Below, piece after piece: positions 20,180-30,369 of a stretch of 64,000 nucleotides of DNA. The number at the start of each line of letters is the position of its first letter. Within the stretch, counting starts at the first letter, position 1. Source of the stretch: Patescibacteria group bacterium. GTDB lineage: Bacteria; Patescibacteriota; UBA1384; UBA12157; JAENIV01. The notes beneath the pieces were generated by a model that ran no database searches, had not been told where the DNA came from, and saw only the letters and a list, made by a program, of their open reading frames with translations. Made by a program: the position numbers and the translations under genes. The stretch lies in NCBI GenBank assembly GCA_023485405.1, contig JAMCZU010000032.1, positions 400-64,399 on the forward strand. The letters run 5' to 3'.

Positions 20180-20584
20180 CTACTGTTTAACCTTCTTTTT
20201 GTAATCGGCAATTGCTTTGACAAGTGCTTCTTCAGCCAAAACCGAACAATGTTGTTTGACCGGCGGTAAACCATCTAAAGATTCGACAATTGTTTGATTG
20301 CTAATTTTTTTAAGCTCTTTTAAGTCTTTGCCCACAATCATATCAGTTAACATTGATGAAGTCGCAATGGCAGCCCCACAACCAAAGGTTTGAAATTTTG
20401 CTTCTTTGATATATTCTTTGCCCGCTTTTTTTTCAACTTTGATTTGAAGTTCCATTAGATCGCCGCAGACAGGATTACCAACTCGACCGCGACCAGATGG
20501 ATTTTTAATCGTCCCCATATTACGAGGATGCGAGAAATGCTCCATCACTTTTTTTGAATAAAGTGAAGATATATTTTTACTCAT
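20180..20584 (-). CDS. iscU: Fe-S scaffold protein IscU/NifU
   Basis: YSKKVMEHF, GNPVCGD, FGCGAAIA, K.HCS. Confidence 0.95.
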   Translation of the reverse strand: MSKNISSLYSKKVMEHFSHPRNMGTIKNPSGRGRVGNPVCGDLMELQIKVEKKAGKEYIKEAKFQTFGCGAAIATSSMLTDMIVGKDLKELKKISNQTIVESLDGLPPVKQHCSVLAEEALVKAIADYKKKVKQ

Positions 20585-21783
20585 TTTACTCCTAAAGGAC
20601 TAATTTCCCTTAATCTTTTAATAATTGTTTTTAAATTTGTTATCGTATAATCAATTTCTTCTTTGGTCGTTTTTTCTCCCAAAGTAAAGCGAATTGAGCC
20701 ATGAGAGCGTTCGGCATTATTGTAAGTGGCCATTAAAACATGGGAAGGCTTGAGTGACAACGAAGTGCAAGCCGAACCCGAAGAGGCGGCGATACCAACT
20801 AAGTCTAAACTCAAAAGAATAGATTCACCCTCGACATATTTAAAATAAAAATTGGCATTGTTGGGACTACGAGACTGCCTTGAACCATTAAGCTCAACCT
20901 CGGAGATTTCTTTTAGAACACGATCAATAAAATAATCTCTTAACTTTAATGTTTTTTCGGCTCTTATTTCATATTTCTTATCTCTCAAAACTTCTGTGGC
21001 TTTACCCAAAGCTACAATCCCCGCCACATTTTCCGTCCCCGCACGCAAATTCATCTCTTGTTCACCACCAAAAATAATTTTTCGCAGTGGTACATCCTTT
21101 CGAAAATAAAGCGCGCCAATTCCTTTAGGTGCACCAATTTTATGCCCGGAAATTGTTAAAAGATCAACATGCAAGAAATCAACATTCATTGGCAAATATT
21201 CCGCTGCCTGAACCGCATCGGTATGGAAATAAATTTTGTTTTCTCTTTTCTCGTTTTCTTTCTCAATCATTTTACCAATTTCACGAATAGGTTGGATAAC
21301 ACCAATTTCATTATTAACATATATGACGGAGGCTAAAACTGTATTTTTTTTGACTGCTTTTTTAACTTGTTCTTTTGTAATAAGTCCTTCTTTATTGGGT
21401 TTTAAATAGGTTATTTCGGCCAAATTATTTTTTTCTAAATATTCGCAAGTTCTTAAAATCGCATAATGTTCAATTGCACTAGTGATAATATGTGGTTTAG
21501 AATTTGAAATTTGAAATTTGCCTTTAGCAGACCAATTTGAAATTCCTCGCACAGCAAGATTATCCGCTTCCGTTCCACCAGAGGTAAAAATAATTTCTTC
21601 TGGCTTACTATTTAAAAATTCTGCTACTTGAGTGCGTGCTTTTTCAACCGCTGTTCTAGCAACTTGACCCCAACTATGAATACTTGAAGGATTACCAAAA
21701 TTATTTTCCAAAAAAGGTAAGAGTGCTTTTTTAACCTCATTTTTCACCGGACTGGTAGCTGAATAATCAAGATAAACTTTCAT
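20581..21783 (-). CDS. iscS: cysteine desulfurase
   Basis: YLDYSATSP, HTDAVQ, SGHK, SSGSAC. Confidence 0.95.
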   Translation of the reverse strand: MKVYLDYSATSPVKNEVKKALLPFLENNFGNPSSIHSWGQVARTAVEKARTQVAEFLNSKPEEIIFTSGGTEADNLAVRGISNWSAKGKFQISNSKPHIITSAIEHYAILRTCEYLEKNNLAEITYLKPNKEGLITKEQVKKAVKKNTVLASVIYVNNEIGVIQPIREIGKMIEKENEKRENKIYFHTDAVQAAEYLPMNVDFLHVDLLTISGHKIGAPKGIGALYFRKDVPLRKIIFGGEQEMNLRAGTENVAGIVALGKATEVLRDKKYEIRAEKTLKLRDYFIDRVLKEISEVELNGSRQSRSPNNANFYFKYVEGESILLSLDLVGIAASSGSACTSLSLKPSHVLMATYNNAERSHGSIRFTLGEKTTKEEIDYTITNLKTIIKRLREISPLGVK

Positions 21784-21986
21784 TATTTCGCCTTCTTCGC
21801 AATTTTTCTTAAGTCTTCAACGCAACGCTTACATTCACCGCGCAAAGAAAGAAAATCATCGTATGACAAAAGGACGGCGACCGGTTTTGAATAGCGCATG
21901 ACTTCAAAAATTTCACCATTTTGAACTTTTTGAACGACTTCTGAAATATTAGATTGTAGCTCATTGATGTTAATAGTTTGATTCAT
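21783..21986 (-). CDS. Phd/YefM-family DNA-binding protein (orphan) with C-terminal CxxC
   Basis: TININELQSN...V..G....V.RYSKPVAVL pattern; TAATG overlap with iscS. Confidence 0.75.
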   Translation of the reverse strand: MNQTININELQSNISEVVQKVQNGEIFEVMRYSKPVAVLLSYDDFLSLRGECKRCVEDLRKIAKKAK

Positions 21987-21994
21987 ATTTTCTC

Positions 21995-22060
21995 CCGGGT
22001 AGTAGAAATTTGATATTTTCTTCGAAAATGCTTTAGCATTATCAAATTTTCACTACCCGG
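21995..22060. repeat. 21-bp-arm inverted repeat overlapping the RBS of the Phd-like gene
   Basis: CCGGGTAGTAGAAATTTGATA ... TATCAAATTTTCACTACCCGG. Confidence 0.8.
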
Positions 22061-22096
22061 CTCCACATCTAATATATCATCATATATAACATCTTG

Positions 22097-22282
22097 TCAA
22101 TCACTCAAGGGAGTATTTTGAGAACTGGCTTTTTTAGCCGAATCAGAAAAACTTTTAACGATCCTTTCTACTTTCCAGTAAATAAGTCCTACAAGGCTAA
22201 TTACTACTATTAATATAATAGTAGTAATGATCAAGCCTAAGTATTTCTTCGCCGGCTGGCGAATTTTTTTTTCCTTCTTCAT
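22097..22282 (-). CDS. small single-TM protein
   Basis: Basic N-terminus plus hydrophobic helix. Confidence 0.5.
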   Translation of the reverse strand: MKKEKKIRQPAKKYLGLIITTIILIVVISLVGLIYWKVERIVKSFSDSAKKASSQNTPLSD

Positions 22283-22356
22283 TATGTTTTTATTGTATCA
22301 AAAAGAATTTATTAAATCTTAATTTACTGATATGATAATAACACCGAAAGGATAAA

Positions 22357-23268
22357 ATGCGTATTTCTTACTCGGCATACGATACTTTTAACCGCTGTCC
22401 CCTTCAATATAAGTTCTCTTATATTGAACAAATTGAACGCCCAGAAAAACCGGAACTTTTTTTTGGCAGTCTGATTCATAAAACTGTCCAGTTTGCCTTA
22501 AAAAAAGATCCTATTTTACCTAAAGAACAAGAATTGATGGATTTTCTTAAAATTAAGTGGCAACCAGAAATCTTTTCTTCTAAAAATGAATCCCAACAAT
22601 ATTTTGAATTCGGCAAAGAAATGATTCGAAAATTCTACGCTGATTGGCAACCGGGACTTAGAAATATTGTGGCGACTGAAAAATATTTTCAAGTTCCCCT
22701 ATCTTCTAAACATATTTTATCTGGTTTAATTGACCGAATCGATAAATTACCATATGGAGCTTTTGAGATCATTGATTATAAAACTAATAAGGCTCTTCCG
22801 ACCCAATTAGAAATAGATACTGACAAACAATTGGCTATCTATAATTTAGCGGTCCAAAGTTTGTGGCCAGAAGCCCAAGATGTGCGATTAACCCTTTATT
22901 TTTTAAAACATAATTTAAAAATTACCACCAAAAGACAACCTTACGAAATTGAACAAATCAAAACTGAAGTTATCAATATCGCTGATAAAATTGAAAACGA
23001 AAAAGAATTTGCTCCAAAAGCTAACAAGTTTTGTGATTGGTGTGATTTTAGACATCTTTGTCCTTTGCAAGAAGGGAAAGTTGAAAATAGAGAACAAAAT
23101 GATGATATTAATAAAATTATCGAAGAATATATTGAAGCCCAACAAAAAATCAAAGATTTAGAACCACAAATTCATCAACATTTTGATTTGGAAAAAATTG
23201 AAGAATTTTCAAATAAAGAAATTACAATCACTAGAGATAAAGATAAAAAAATAATAATTAAAAATTAG
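22357..23268 (+). CDS. PD-(D/E)XK nuclease, RecB/AddB/Cas4-like, with probable Fe-S cysteines
   Basis: ISYS...CP, G.IDRID, IIDYKT, QL..Y, C.WC.F...C. Confidence 0.85.
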   Translation: MRISYSAYDTFNRCPLQYKFSYIEQIERPEKPELFFGSLIHKTVQFALKKDPILPKEQELMDFLKIKWQPEIFSSKNESQQYFEFGKEMIRKFYADWQPGLRNIVATEKYFQVPLSSKHILSGLIDRIDKLPYGAFEIIDYKTNKALPTQLEIDTDKQLAIYNLAVQSLWPEAQDVRLTLYFLKHNLKITTKRQPYEIEQIKTEVINIADKIENEKEFAPKANKFCDWCDFRHLCPLQEGKVENREQNDDINKIIEEYIEAQQKIKDLEPQIHQHFDLEKIEEFSNKEITITRDKDKKIIIKN

Positions 23269-24023
23269 ATCTTAAATAACTTCTCAGCATTTTTAGTAGT
23301 TTGTGTTTCTACTTTTTCTAAAGGAATTTTTTTTATTTCAGCGATTTTTTTTGCCACTTCTATTACATAAGTTGGTTCATTTCTTTTACCACGATAAGGT
23401 TCCGGCGTCATATAAGGACAATCGGTTTCAATTAAAATTCTTTCCAATGGTGTTTCTTTTAAAACCTCGATTGTTTTTTGATTTTTGCTAAAAGTAATCA
23501 GGCCGGTAAAAGAAAGATAAAAACCCATTTCTAATACTGCCTGAGCAAATTGCCAATCTTCTTGAAAACAATGCATCACGCCTGAAGGAATTGGACTTTC
23601 GGTCATTAAAATTGGTAAAATGTCTGCCGCTGCTTCTCTTGAATGCACAATAATTGGCTTAGAAACTACTTGGGCCAATTTGATTGATTTTATTAAAACT
23701 TCTTTTTGATTTAACAAGTTAGATTTATCGTAATAATAATCCAAGCCAATCTCGCCAATAGCCACAACTTTTTTATTTTTAGCTAATTTTTGAAAATTTT
23801 CTTCATCAAAAGCTTCATCTTTGACATGAATTGGATGCAAACCCACGGCCGCAAAAACACCCTCAAATTTTTCAGCAATTTCAATCGCTTTAAGTGAAGT
23901 TTTCAAATTCGAACTTGGAATAATAATTTTTTCAACTCCAGCAATTTTAGCTCTCTCAATTACCTGACCGTTGTCGAGCTCAAAAGCTTCGAAGTTTAAA
24001 TGAGCATGAGTATCAATAAACAT
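23265..24023 (-). CDS. tatD: TatD family hydrolase
   Basis: DTHAHL, GLHP, GEIGLDY, ETDCPY. Confidence 0.95.
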   Translation of the reverse strand: MFIDTHAHLNFEAFELDNGQVIERAKIAGVEKIIIPSSNLKTSLKAIEIAEKFEGVFAAVGLHPIHVKDEAFDEENFQKLAKNKKVVAIGEIGLDYYYDKSNLLNQKEVLIKSIKLAQVVSKPIIVHSREAAADILPILMTESPIPSGVMHCFQEDWQFAQAVLEMGFYLSFTGLITFSKNQKTIEVLKETPLERILIETDCPYMTPEPYRGKRNEPTYVIEVAKKIAEIKKIPLEKVETQTTKNAEKLFKI

Positions 24024-24860
24024 TTATTTTCCTACCAACGAAGCATAGACAATACAACCTAAAATTACAATAGCCGAGATAACAGTCCTCAACTTTAATT
24101 TTTCGTGCAAAAAAATGGTTGAACAAATATAAACTAGAATTGGCGATAAGATTAACACCAGTGAGGTATAAACCACCCCAAATTGTTCAAAACCATAAAA
24201 TTTGCTAATCATTTGTAGTGTTCCAAGTGAAGCACTCGCCAAAATTAAAGCCGAGTTTTTCCCGGCCACTTTTTTAATTTGCGGATGATAAAACAAAAAG
24301 AAAAAAATGAAAAGTATGCCTGTTCTAATACAATACAAAGCCACGGGCGAAAAAACTACTAACAAAATTTTAATTAGAATTAACTCCACTGACATAAAAA
24401 GTACGGCTAAAAGTAACTTGTAACCACCAAGTGTTATTTCTAGATGAGCTTTATTAAGATGAGCTACAATAAGAAAAATGGCCGCGATAATAGCAACGAT
24501 TTCAATTTGTAAATTTTGCTCACCTTTAAGAAAAATGGTAGCTAAAAGAATCGTCAGCAAGGGCTGAAACATCATAATCAATTCAAATTCATGAACTTTT
24601 TCCGACTGAACGCCTTGATAATAAAAAATATTCCAAACAGTGGCCGCTATTATCATTGCCAAAAATATTAATAAATAGCGAAGTGAAAAAACCTCAATGG
24701 AAATTTTACCCAAAAATGGGAAAAGCAGAGCCGTTAATAAAAAAAGAAATAAAAACAAAATTGGCACAAAAACATGAACCGAAACTTGCCGACGAGTCAG
24801 AGTGATTTTATCAACCAGAATACCTCCGACCTGAGCTAAAGCCGAAATAAAAGGAAACAT
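24024..24860 (-). CDS. EamA/DMT family transporter
   Basis: About 10 TM helices in two repeats, FL.E motifs. Confidence 0.75.
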   Translation of the reverse strand: MFPFISALAQVGGILVDKITLTRRQVSVHVFVPILFLFLFLLTALLFPFLGKISIEVFSLRYLLIFLAMIIAATVWNIFYYQGVQSEKVHEFELIMMFQPLLTILLATIFLKGEQNLQIEIVAIIAAIFLIVAHLNKAHLEITLGGYKLLLAVLFMSVELILIKILLVVFSPVALYCIRTGILFIFFFLFYHPQIKKVAGKNSALILASASLGTLQMISKFYGFEQFGVVYTSLVLILSPILVYICSTIFLHEKLKLRTVISAIVILGCIVYASLVGK

Positions 24861-24879
24861 TAAAAAAACCTCCGGTTTT

Positions 24880-25001
24880 TAAATTTCTAAGCTCTAAATC
24901 CTAATTTCAAATAAAATTTCAAATGATTAAATGTCTAATTTAGATTTTGAAATTTGAATTTGGATATTTTATTTGGCATTAGTCATTAGGATTTTGGATT
25001 T
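24880..25001. repeat. heptamer-periodic imperfect inverted-repeat element (copy 3)
   Basis: AAATTTCTAAGCTCTAAATCCTAATTTC ... ATTAGGATTTTGGATTT, as in copy 2. Confidence 0.7.
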
Positions 25002-26435
25002 TTATTTGTGTCTGGGAAATAAGTGGTCCGGTTTCATTGATTTAAGTTGATCAATAATTAACCACGAAGTTTCTGGTAAAAATGGATCAATTTGAAAAGC
25101 AATTTGCGAAATTGCTTCCAGTAATTGGCTGATTACTTTTTCAAGTTTTTGGGGATCTTTTTCAAAAAGCTCCCAGGGTTTTTCAGTATCAATTTTTTTA
25201 TTTGCCTCAACCACAATATCCCAAATTAAATCCAAAGCTTTATGAAATTCCAAATTTTCAATCGCGCGATCAATTTGGAAATAAGATTTTGTGATCGTTT
25301 TATATCGCCATGGAACTTTATAACGATTAGCCATCGTAATCACGCGCTGGACTAAATTACCTAAATCATTAGCTAGATCCGAACAATAACGTTTCTCAAA
25401 ACGATCAATCGTAAAATCACCATCTTGACCAAAAGGCATTTCGCGAAAAAGAAAATAACGCAAAGCGTCCACGCCATAAATACGAGAAATTTGGAGTGGA
25501 TCAATAATGTTACCACGGCTTTTTGAAATTTTTTCACCATCAACTGTCAAGAATCCATGAATAAAAATCTTACGCGGTAATTCTAATCCTGCCGCCATCA
25601 ACATTGCTGGCCAAATAATACAATGAAAACGAAAAATATCTTTACCAATTAATTGTAATGATGGTGGCCAATGACCACGTGCACCGGTGATATAATTTAA
25701 AAGGGCATCAACCCAAACATAAATAGTTTGTGTTTTATCCCAAGGTACTGATATGCCCCAACTGACTTTACTACGAGAAATGGCCAAATCTCGCAAAGGT
25801 TCTCTTTTTAAAAAACTTAGAATCTCATTTCTTCTTTCGATTGGTTCAATTTCAATTTTGTTTTTTTCAATTACATCAATAAGTTGATTTTGATATTTTG
25901 AAAGTTTGAAAAAATAAATATTTTCAAAAACACCTTCACATTTTTTTTTATGAATCAAACAAACATTATTCGGACCAAGCTCATTTTTTGTTTTATATTC
26001 CTCACAACCAACACAATACAAACCTTCGTAACGATCTTTGTAAATTTCGTCAAGATCGCACAATTTTTGAACAAAATCCTGAACATATTTTTCATGAGCA
26101 GGATCGGTTGTTCGAATAAAATTATCGTATCGAATCTCTAGTGCCGCCCAGGCTGCTTTGTAATGCAAAGAGACTTCATCAACAAATTCCTTCGGCTTCA
26201 TTCCTCTTTTTTCAGCTGCTTGTATTATTTTTTGACCATGTTCATCGGTTCCCGCCAAATAAAAAGTATCTCGACCACGCCGGCGCCAATAACGAGCTAA
26301 AATATCAGCGGCGATCATTTCGTAAGCATGGCCAATATGAGGAATATCGGAAACATAATGAATGGCGGTCGTAATAAAAAAAGTCTCTTTTTCTTGAGAT
26401 GATTTTTCTGTTTGTGGTGTTGAAATTTCTGCCAT
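25002..26435 (-). CDS. metG: methionyl-tRNA synthetase (no C-terminal tRNA-binding domain)
   Basis: PHIGH, GTDEHG, YVWVDAL, KISKS. Confidence 0.97.
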   Translation of the reverse strand: MAEISTPQTEKSSQEKETFFITTAIHYVSDIPHIGHAYEMIAADILARYWRRRGRDTFYLAGTDEHGQKIIQAAEKRGMKPKEFVDEVSLHYKAAWAALEIRYDNFIRTTDPAHEKYVQDFVQKLCDLDEIYKDRYEGLYCVGCEEYKTKNELGPNNVCLIHKKKCEGVFENIYFFKLSKYQNQLIDVIEKNKIEIEPIERRNEILSFLKREPLRDLAISRSKVSWGISVPWDKTQTIYVWVDALLNYITGARGHWPPSLQLIGKDIFRFHCIIWPAMLMAAGLELPRKIFIHGFLTVDGEKISKSRGNIIDPLQISRIYGVDALRYFLFREMPFGQDGDFTIDRFEKRYCSDLANDLGNLVQRVITMANRYKVPWRYKTITKSYFQIDRAIENLEFHKALDLIWDIVVEANKKIDTEKPWELFEKDPQKLEKVISQLLEAISQIAFQIDPFLPETSWLIIDQLKSMKPDHLFPRHK

Positions 26436-26438
26436 AAT

Positions 26439-27092
26439 TTACCTATTGATTAAAATAACAAATTCACCTTGCGGTCTAATGTTTAATAAAACTTCTGAAA
26501 TTTTTCCACGATAAATTTCTTCAAATTTCTTAGTTAATTCGCGACCAATAACAACTGAGTGGTCTCCCAAGACTTCTTTTAATTCTTCTAGAGTTTTTAG
26601 AATTCGATTCGGTGACTCAAAAAAAACAATGGGAAAATCAAGTTTCGAAATATTCTTTAATAATGTTTGGCGCCCTTTTTTCTTAGGCAAAAATCCCAAA
26701 AATAAAAACCTGTCTAATGGTTTGTCAGTCATAGAAATTAAGGTTGTCAAAGACGACACGCCAGAAACCGGAACTATTTCTATCTTACTTTTTATCGCCA
26801 CTTCTATCAAGACGCCGGCTGGATCACTAATGCCCGGTGTGCCAGCATCAGTAACAAGGGCAATGTCCTTACCACTCTCCAATTCGGCAATTAAAAATTG
26901 AATTTTTTGCAACTGCGAATGCTGGTGAAAGGAAATTAATGTTTTTTGAATCTCAAAATGTTTTAAAAGAATACCCGTGTGCCGTGTGTCTTCACAAGCA
27001 ATTAAATCCACTTCCTTTAGAATTCGTAATGCCCGCAATGTAATATCTTCTAAATTACCAATCGGGGTGGCGACAACATAAAGAGTGCCCAT
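26439..27092 (-). CDS. rsmI: 16S rRNA C1402 2'-O-methyltransferase
   Basis: LYVVATPIGNLEDIT, DAGTPGISDP, RELTK. Confidence 0.97.
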   Translation of the reverse strand: MGTLYVVATPIGNLEDITLRALRILKEVDLIACEDTRHTGILLKHFEIQKTLISFHQHSQLQKIQFLIAELESGKDIALVTDAGTPGISDPAGVLIEVAIKSKIEIVPVSGVSSLTTLISMTDKPLDRFLFLGFLPKKKGRQTLLKNISKLDFPIVFFESPNRILKTLEELKEVLGDHSVVIGRELTKKFEEIYRGKISEVLLNIRPQGEFVILINR

Positions 27093-27105
27093 TTAAATCC
27101 TTTCT

Positions 27106-28503
27106 TTAAAAAAACGAATAAATAGTCGCCAAGCCTACAATAACCATCACAATGGTCGCCACCCAACCCATAAAGGTGATAAAACGATGATTAGCGCGCG
27201 CACCCATCACTTTTTTATTACTCGAAATTAAGACAATTAAAATTAAAATAACTGGCGCCACCAAACCGTTAGCCACCGCCGCATAAATTAAAGCTTTAAT
27301 TGGATCTAAGCCAATGAAATTAACTGCCAAACCAATCAGCATTGAAAAAATAATCACGCCGTAAAAAGCCTTGGCTTGAGAAAACTTACGAAATAAACCT
27401 TCTTTCCAACCAAAAGATTCGCTCACGGCGTATGAGGCCGCGCCAGCTAAAACTGGTATTCCCAAAAGACCAACACTGAAAATTCCAATCGCAAAGAGTA
27501 AATAAGCGTAATTTCCAGCCAATGGTTTAAGAGCAATAGCCGCATCCGAAGCCGAATTAATATTAGTAATGCCATTTGGAAATAATACAGCTCCACAAAC
27601 TGCAATAATAAAGAACATTGCTAAATTAGAAAAAAACATTCCCACCCACACATCAATCCGCATTTTTTTTATTGCCTTATCAGTTACCCCGTCTTCCATT
27701 TCTTTCTGTGATTTACCGTCAGCAATTTGTTCTTCAATCTCTTGAGAGGTTTCCCAAAAAAATAAATAAGGCGAGATGGTGGTACCAAAAATACCACAGA
27801 TTAAAATAATTTGCTCTTTGTTAAAAGAAATTTTCGGAATTAACCCATTTTTCAGCACTTGAAACCACGGAAAGTCTTTGATCACAAAAGCAGTTACCAC
27901 ATAAACACCTAAAAGAACGGCTAAATATTTCAGATACCGAGCATATTTTTCATATGAAATAAAAATCTGCAAAGATAAACAAAAAATCGTAAAAAAGATC
28001 ACTAAAATCGTAAATGACGCATTTGGCCAAAAGAGTTGACTTGCTTTAGCCAGAGCACCTAAATCGGCACCAATATTAAAAGAGTTGGCAAGCAGGACTA
28101 AAATTGCCACCAAATAAAGGACCGGCCGCGGAAAATATTGTCGAATATTATGAGCTAAACCTCGACCAGTATGCAAACCAATCCGAGCGCACATTTCTTG
28201 AACGATCGCCATTAAAGGAAAAGAGAAAGCGGCTAACCAAAGAAGTTGAAAACCATATTTTGCACCAGTTTGTGAGTAAGTCACAATTCCTGATGGATCA
28301 TCATCAGCCGAACCGGTCGTGAGTCCTGGTCCTAAACCACGCCAAAAATTTTTTGCTTGTCTTACTGGCGGCACTTCTGAAACTTTATAAGCAGCATCTT
28401 CAACTGCTTTGACACCTTCCTTACTTTCTCTTTCTACCTTAACTAAAATATCTTCGGCTTTTTGAAAAGTTTTATCTTTTTCTTGATTGTTATTTTTATT
28501 CAT
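27106..28503 (-). CDS. NRAMP-family divalent metal transporter
   Basis: LGPGL..G.ADDDPSG, GTTISPY. Confidence 0.88.
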   Translation of the reverse strand: MNKNNNQEKDKTFQKAEDILVKVERESKEGVKAVEDAAYKVSEVPPVRQAKNFWRGLGPGLTTGSADDDPSGIVTYSQTGAKYGFQLLWLAAFSFPLMAIVQEMCARIGLHTGRGLAHNIRQYFPRPVLYLVAILVLLANSFNIGADLGALAKASQLFWPNASFTILVIFFTIFCLSLQIFISYEKYARYLKYLAVLLGVYVVTAFVIKDFPWFQVLKNGLIPKISFNKEQIILICGIFGTTISPYLFFWETSQEIEEQIADGKSQKEMEDGVTDKAIKKMRIDVWVGMFFSNLAMFFIIAVCGAVLFPNGITNINSASDAAIALKPLAGNYAYLLFAIGIFSVGLLGIPVLAGAASYAVSESFGWKEGLFRKFSQAKAFYGVIIFSMLIGLAVNFIGLDPIKALIYAAVANGLVAPVILILIVLISSNKKVMGARANHRFITFMGWVATIVMVIVGLATIYSFF

Positions 28504-28548
28504 CTATTACAGTATAAATAAAAAAATCCAAAATCCAAAATCCAAATT

Positions 28549-29343
28549 TCAAAATTGATAGTTTTTAAGAACATTACATAACACGAACCATTGTTTTAAA
28601 GTTAGGTCTTCAGCGCGAAGCGATGGATCGATTTGTGCTTTTTTCAAAATATCAGTCACTTTATCTTTTTCCAATCTTAATGTCGCTGCCAAGGAATTTC
28701 GAATCTGTCGTCGCTTGGCCGAAAAACCAGCTTTGACAATTTGAAAAAACAACTTTGACCCAACCTTATCCGCATACCTGGTATGAGGGTATGGTTGGAG
28801 TTTTAAGATGGCGGCGTCAACTTGGGGTTGGGGGCGGAAACTATTTTTGGACACCGTCATAATAATTTCCGCATTGGCATAAAATTCAACCGCCAAGGTT
28901 AAAATACCCCGCTCCGAATCACCAGGCTTAGCAACGATTTTTTCAGCGACTTCTTTTTGCACCATCACTACCATTAATTCCGGTTGATTTTGGCTTTCTA
29001 AAAATTTCCGGATTAATGGCGAGGCAATATTAAAAGGCAAATTTGAAACGACTTTGTACTTTTTAAAAATTGATAAATCAAAAAAGAGAGCATCTTGATG
29101 AACGATAGTTAAATTTTTATTTTTACCCAACGCCTTACGCAGCATTTCTGCTAATTCAAAATCTTTTTCGATGGCATAAACTTTTGCCCCAGCATCTATT
29201 AACGCTTTGGTTAATATTCCCAAACCCGGCCCAATTTCAATAACAACATCATCCTTTTTAATTTCAGCAACCTTAATAATATCAGGAATGATTTTATCAT
29301 TGATTAAAAAATTTTGTCCCAGAAATTTTTTTTGTTTAAACAT
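28549..29343 (-). CDS. rsmA: 16S rRNA dimethyladenosine transferase
   Basis: LGQNFL, EIGPGLG, NLPF, QKEVA. Confidence 0.97.
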   Translation of the reverse strand: MFKQKKFLGQNFLINDKIIPDIIKVAEIKKDDVVIEIGPGLGILTKALIDAGAKVYAIEKDFELAEMLRKALGKNKNLTIVHQDALFFDLSIFKKYKVVSNLPFNIASPLIRKFLESQNQPELMVVMVQKEVAEKIVAKPGDSERGILTLAVEFYANAEIIMTVSKNSFRPQPQVDAAILKLQPYPHTRYADKVGSKLFFQIVKAGFSAKRRQIRNSLAATLRLEKDKVTDILKKAQIDPSLRAEDLTLKQWFVLCNVLKNYQF

Positions 29344-30267
29344 TTATTCTTTCGTTAGCACTACTGGTATTACTCCTGCTCCAAGCGGGGCCAATTGTGA
29401 AAAAGCATCAGCAGAAAGATCGATTACGGCGTCCGACTGGATTCCCGCATCAATTATTCTTACAATGACTGATTTCCCAGAATTAACAGCCGTCACTCTT
29501 ACATAAGAATATCGAGGCAAGGTATTGGAAGCAGCTGTATTCCCAGAAATTAAATCATACCAAGTCGCATTTCCGCGCCCTAAAACAACAACTTTCGTAC
29601 CGTTATAAACAATTTTATCCTGCGGTTTTATTGTTACTTCCTCATTTAATAATTTTCGCGAAACTTCTTGGCCATTTTCTCGCCGCACGAGATAAGTCTT
29701 AACTTTTGTACCATTTTTTCCAGTCTGGTCAACTCTTGATTTTCCTTTTTCTAAATCTGGATCATCTTTGTTGATAATTTTATACGCTACTGTTTCTTCT
29801 TCTTTAAGCTCAGTTTCTGCAACTCTGGTGATATTAATCTTTAAATTTTCACGAAGCCACGTACTTTTGGCCGGGTCGATTTTATCTTGTTCACCCAAGT
29901 TAATATTTTGTTCCTCGAGGAGTTCTCCAATTTGTTTTTTCCATGTTCTAACAATAAAATTTTTTCCACCATCATTTATTTCAACTGGCAAAGCTCTTTG
30001 AATTTCAATTCGACTACCAATGCCAAGCTGTGGGTCAGGAAAAGTACTAAATTTATCTTCAGGATAAATATCAACATTTAGGTCGCTGGTCATATCTTTT
30101 AAAGTGCTAAACTTTGCACTACCAAAATAAACCTCACGCGGATGGTTAGGATCCGAAACATCAACTACGCCCGAGACCATCGGCTCAACCGGTGGAGTAT
30201 GACTTTTAAGACTTAAGTAGATCGCTAAAAAAATTGCTAAAATAATGACTCCTTTATTTAGTCTATT
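29344..30267 (-). CDS. YabE-like cell-wall protein: ubiquitin-like DUF348 repeats, G5 and RlpA-like DPBB domains; start uncertain
   Basis: G5-like region, GNATWY, IDLS..AF..LA; frame open upstream to 30267 encoding a TM anchor. Confidence 0.8.
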   Translation of the reverse strand, partial: NRLNKGVIILAIFLAIYLSLKSHTPPVEPMVSGVVDVSDPNHPREVYFGSAKFSTLKDMTSDLNVDIYPEDKFSTFPDPQLGIGSRIEIQRALPVEINDGGKNFIVRTWKKQIGELLEEQNINLGEQDKIDPAKSTWLRENLKINITRVAETELKEEETVAYKIINKDDPDLEKGKSRVDQTGKNGTKVKTYLVRRENGQEVSRKLLNEEVTIKPQDKIVYNGTKVVVLGRGNATWYDLISGNTAASNTLPRYSYVRVTAVNSGKSVIVRIIDAGIQSDAVIDLSADAFSQLAPLGAGVIPVVLTKE

Positions 30268-30369
30268 TCAAATTTTACCCTATCCATTAATAAAATCAAA
30301 TTTCTGAATATTAAGATAAAATTAAAATAACCTTGTCATAACTCGCTCAAGAATTCAAGAAATAGTTAT

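Noticed and set aside
22357-23268. Cas4 of a CRISPR system
   Set aside because: No other cas genes or array; stand-alone RecB-family nucleases are common.
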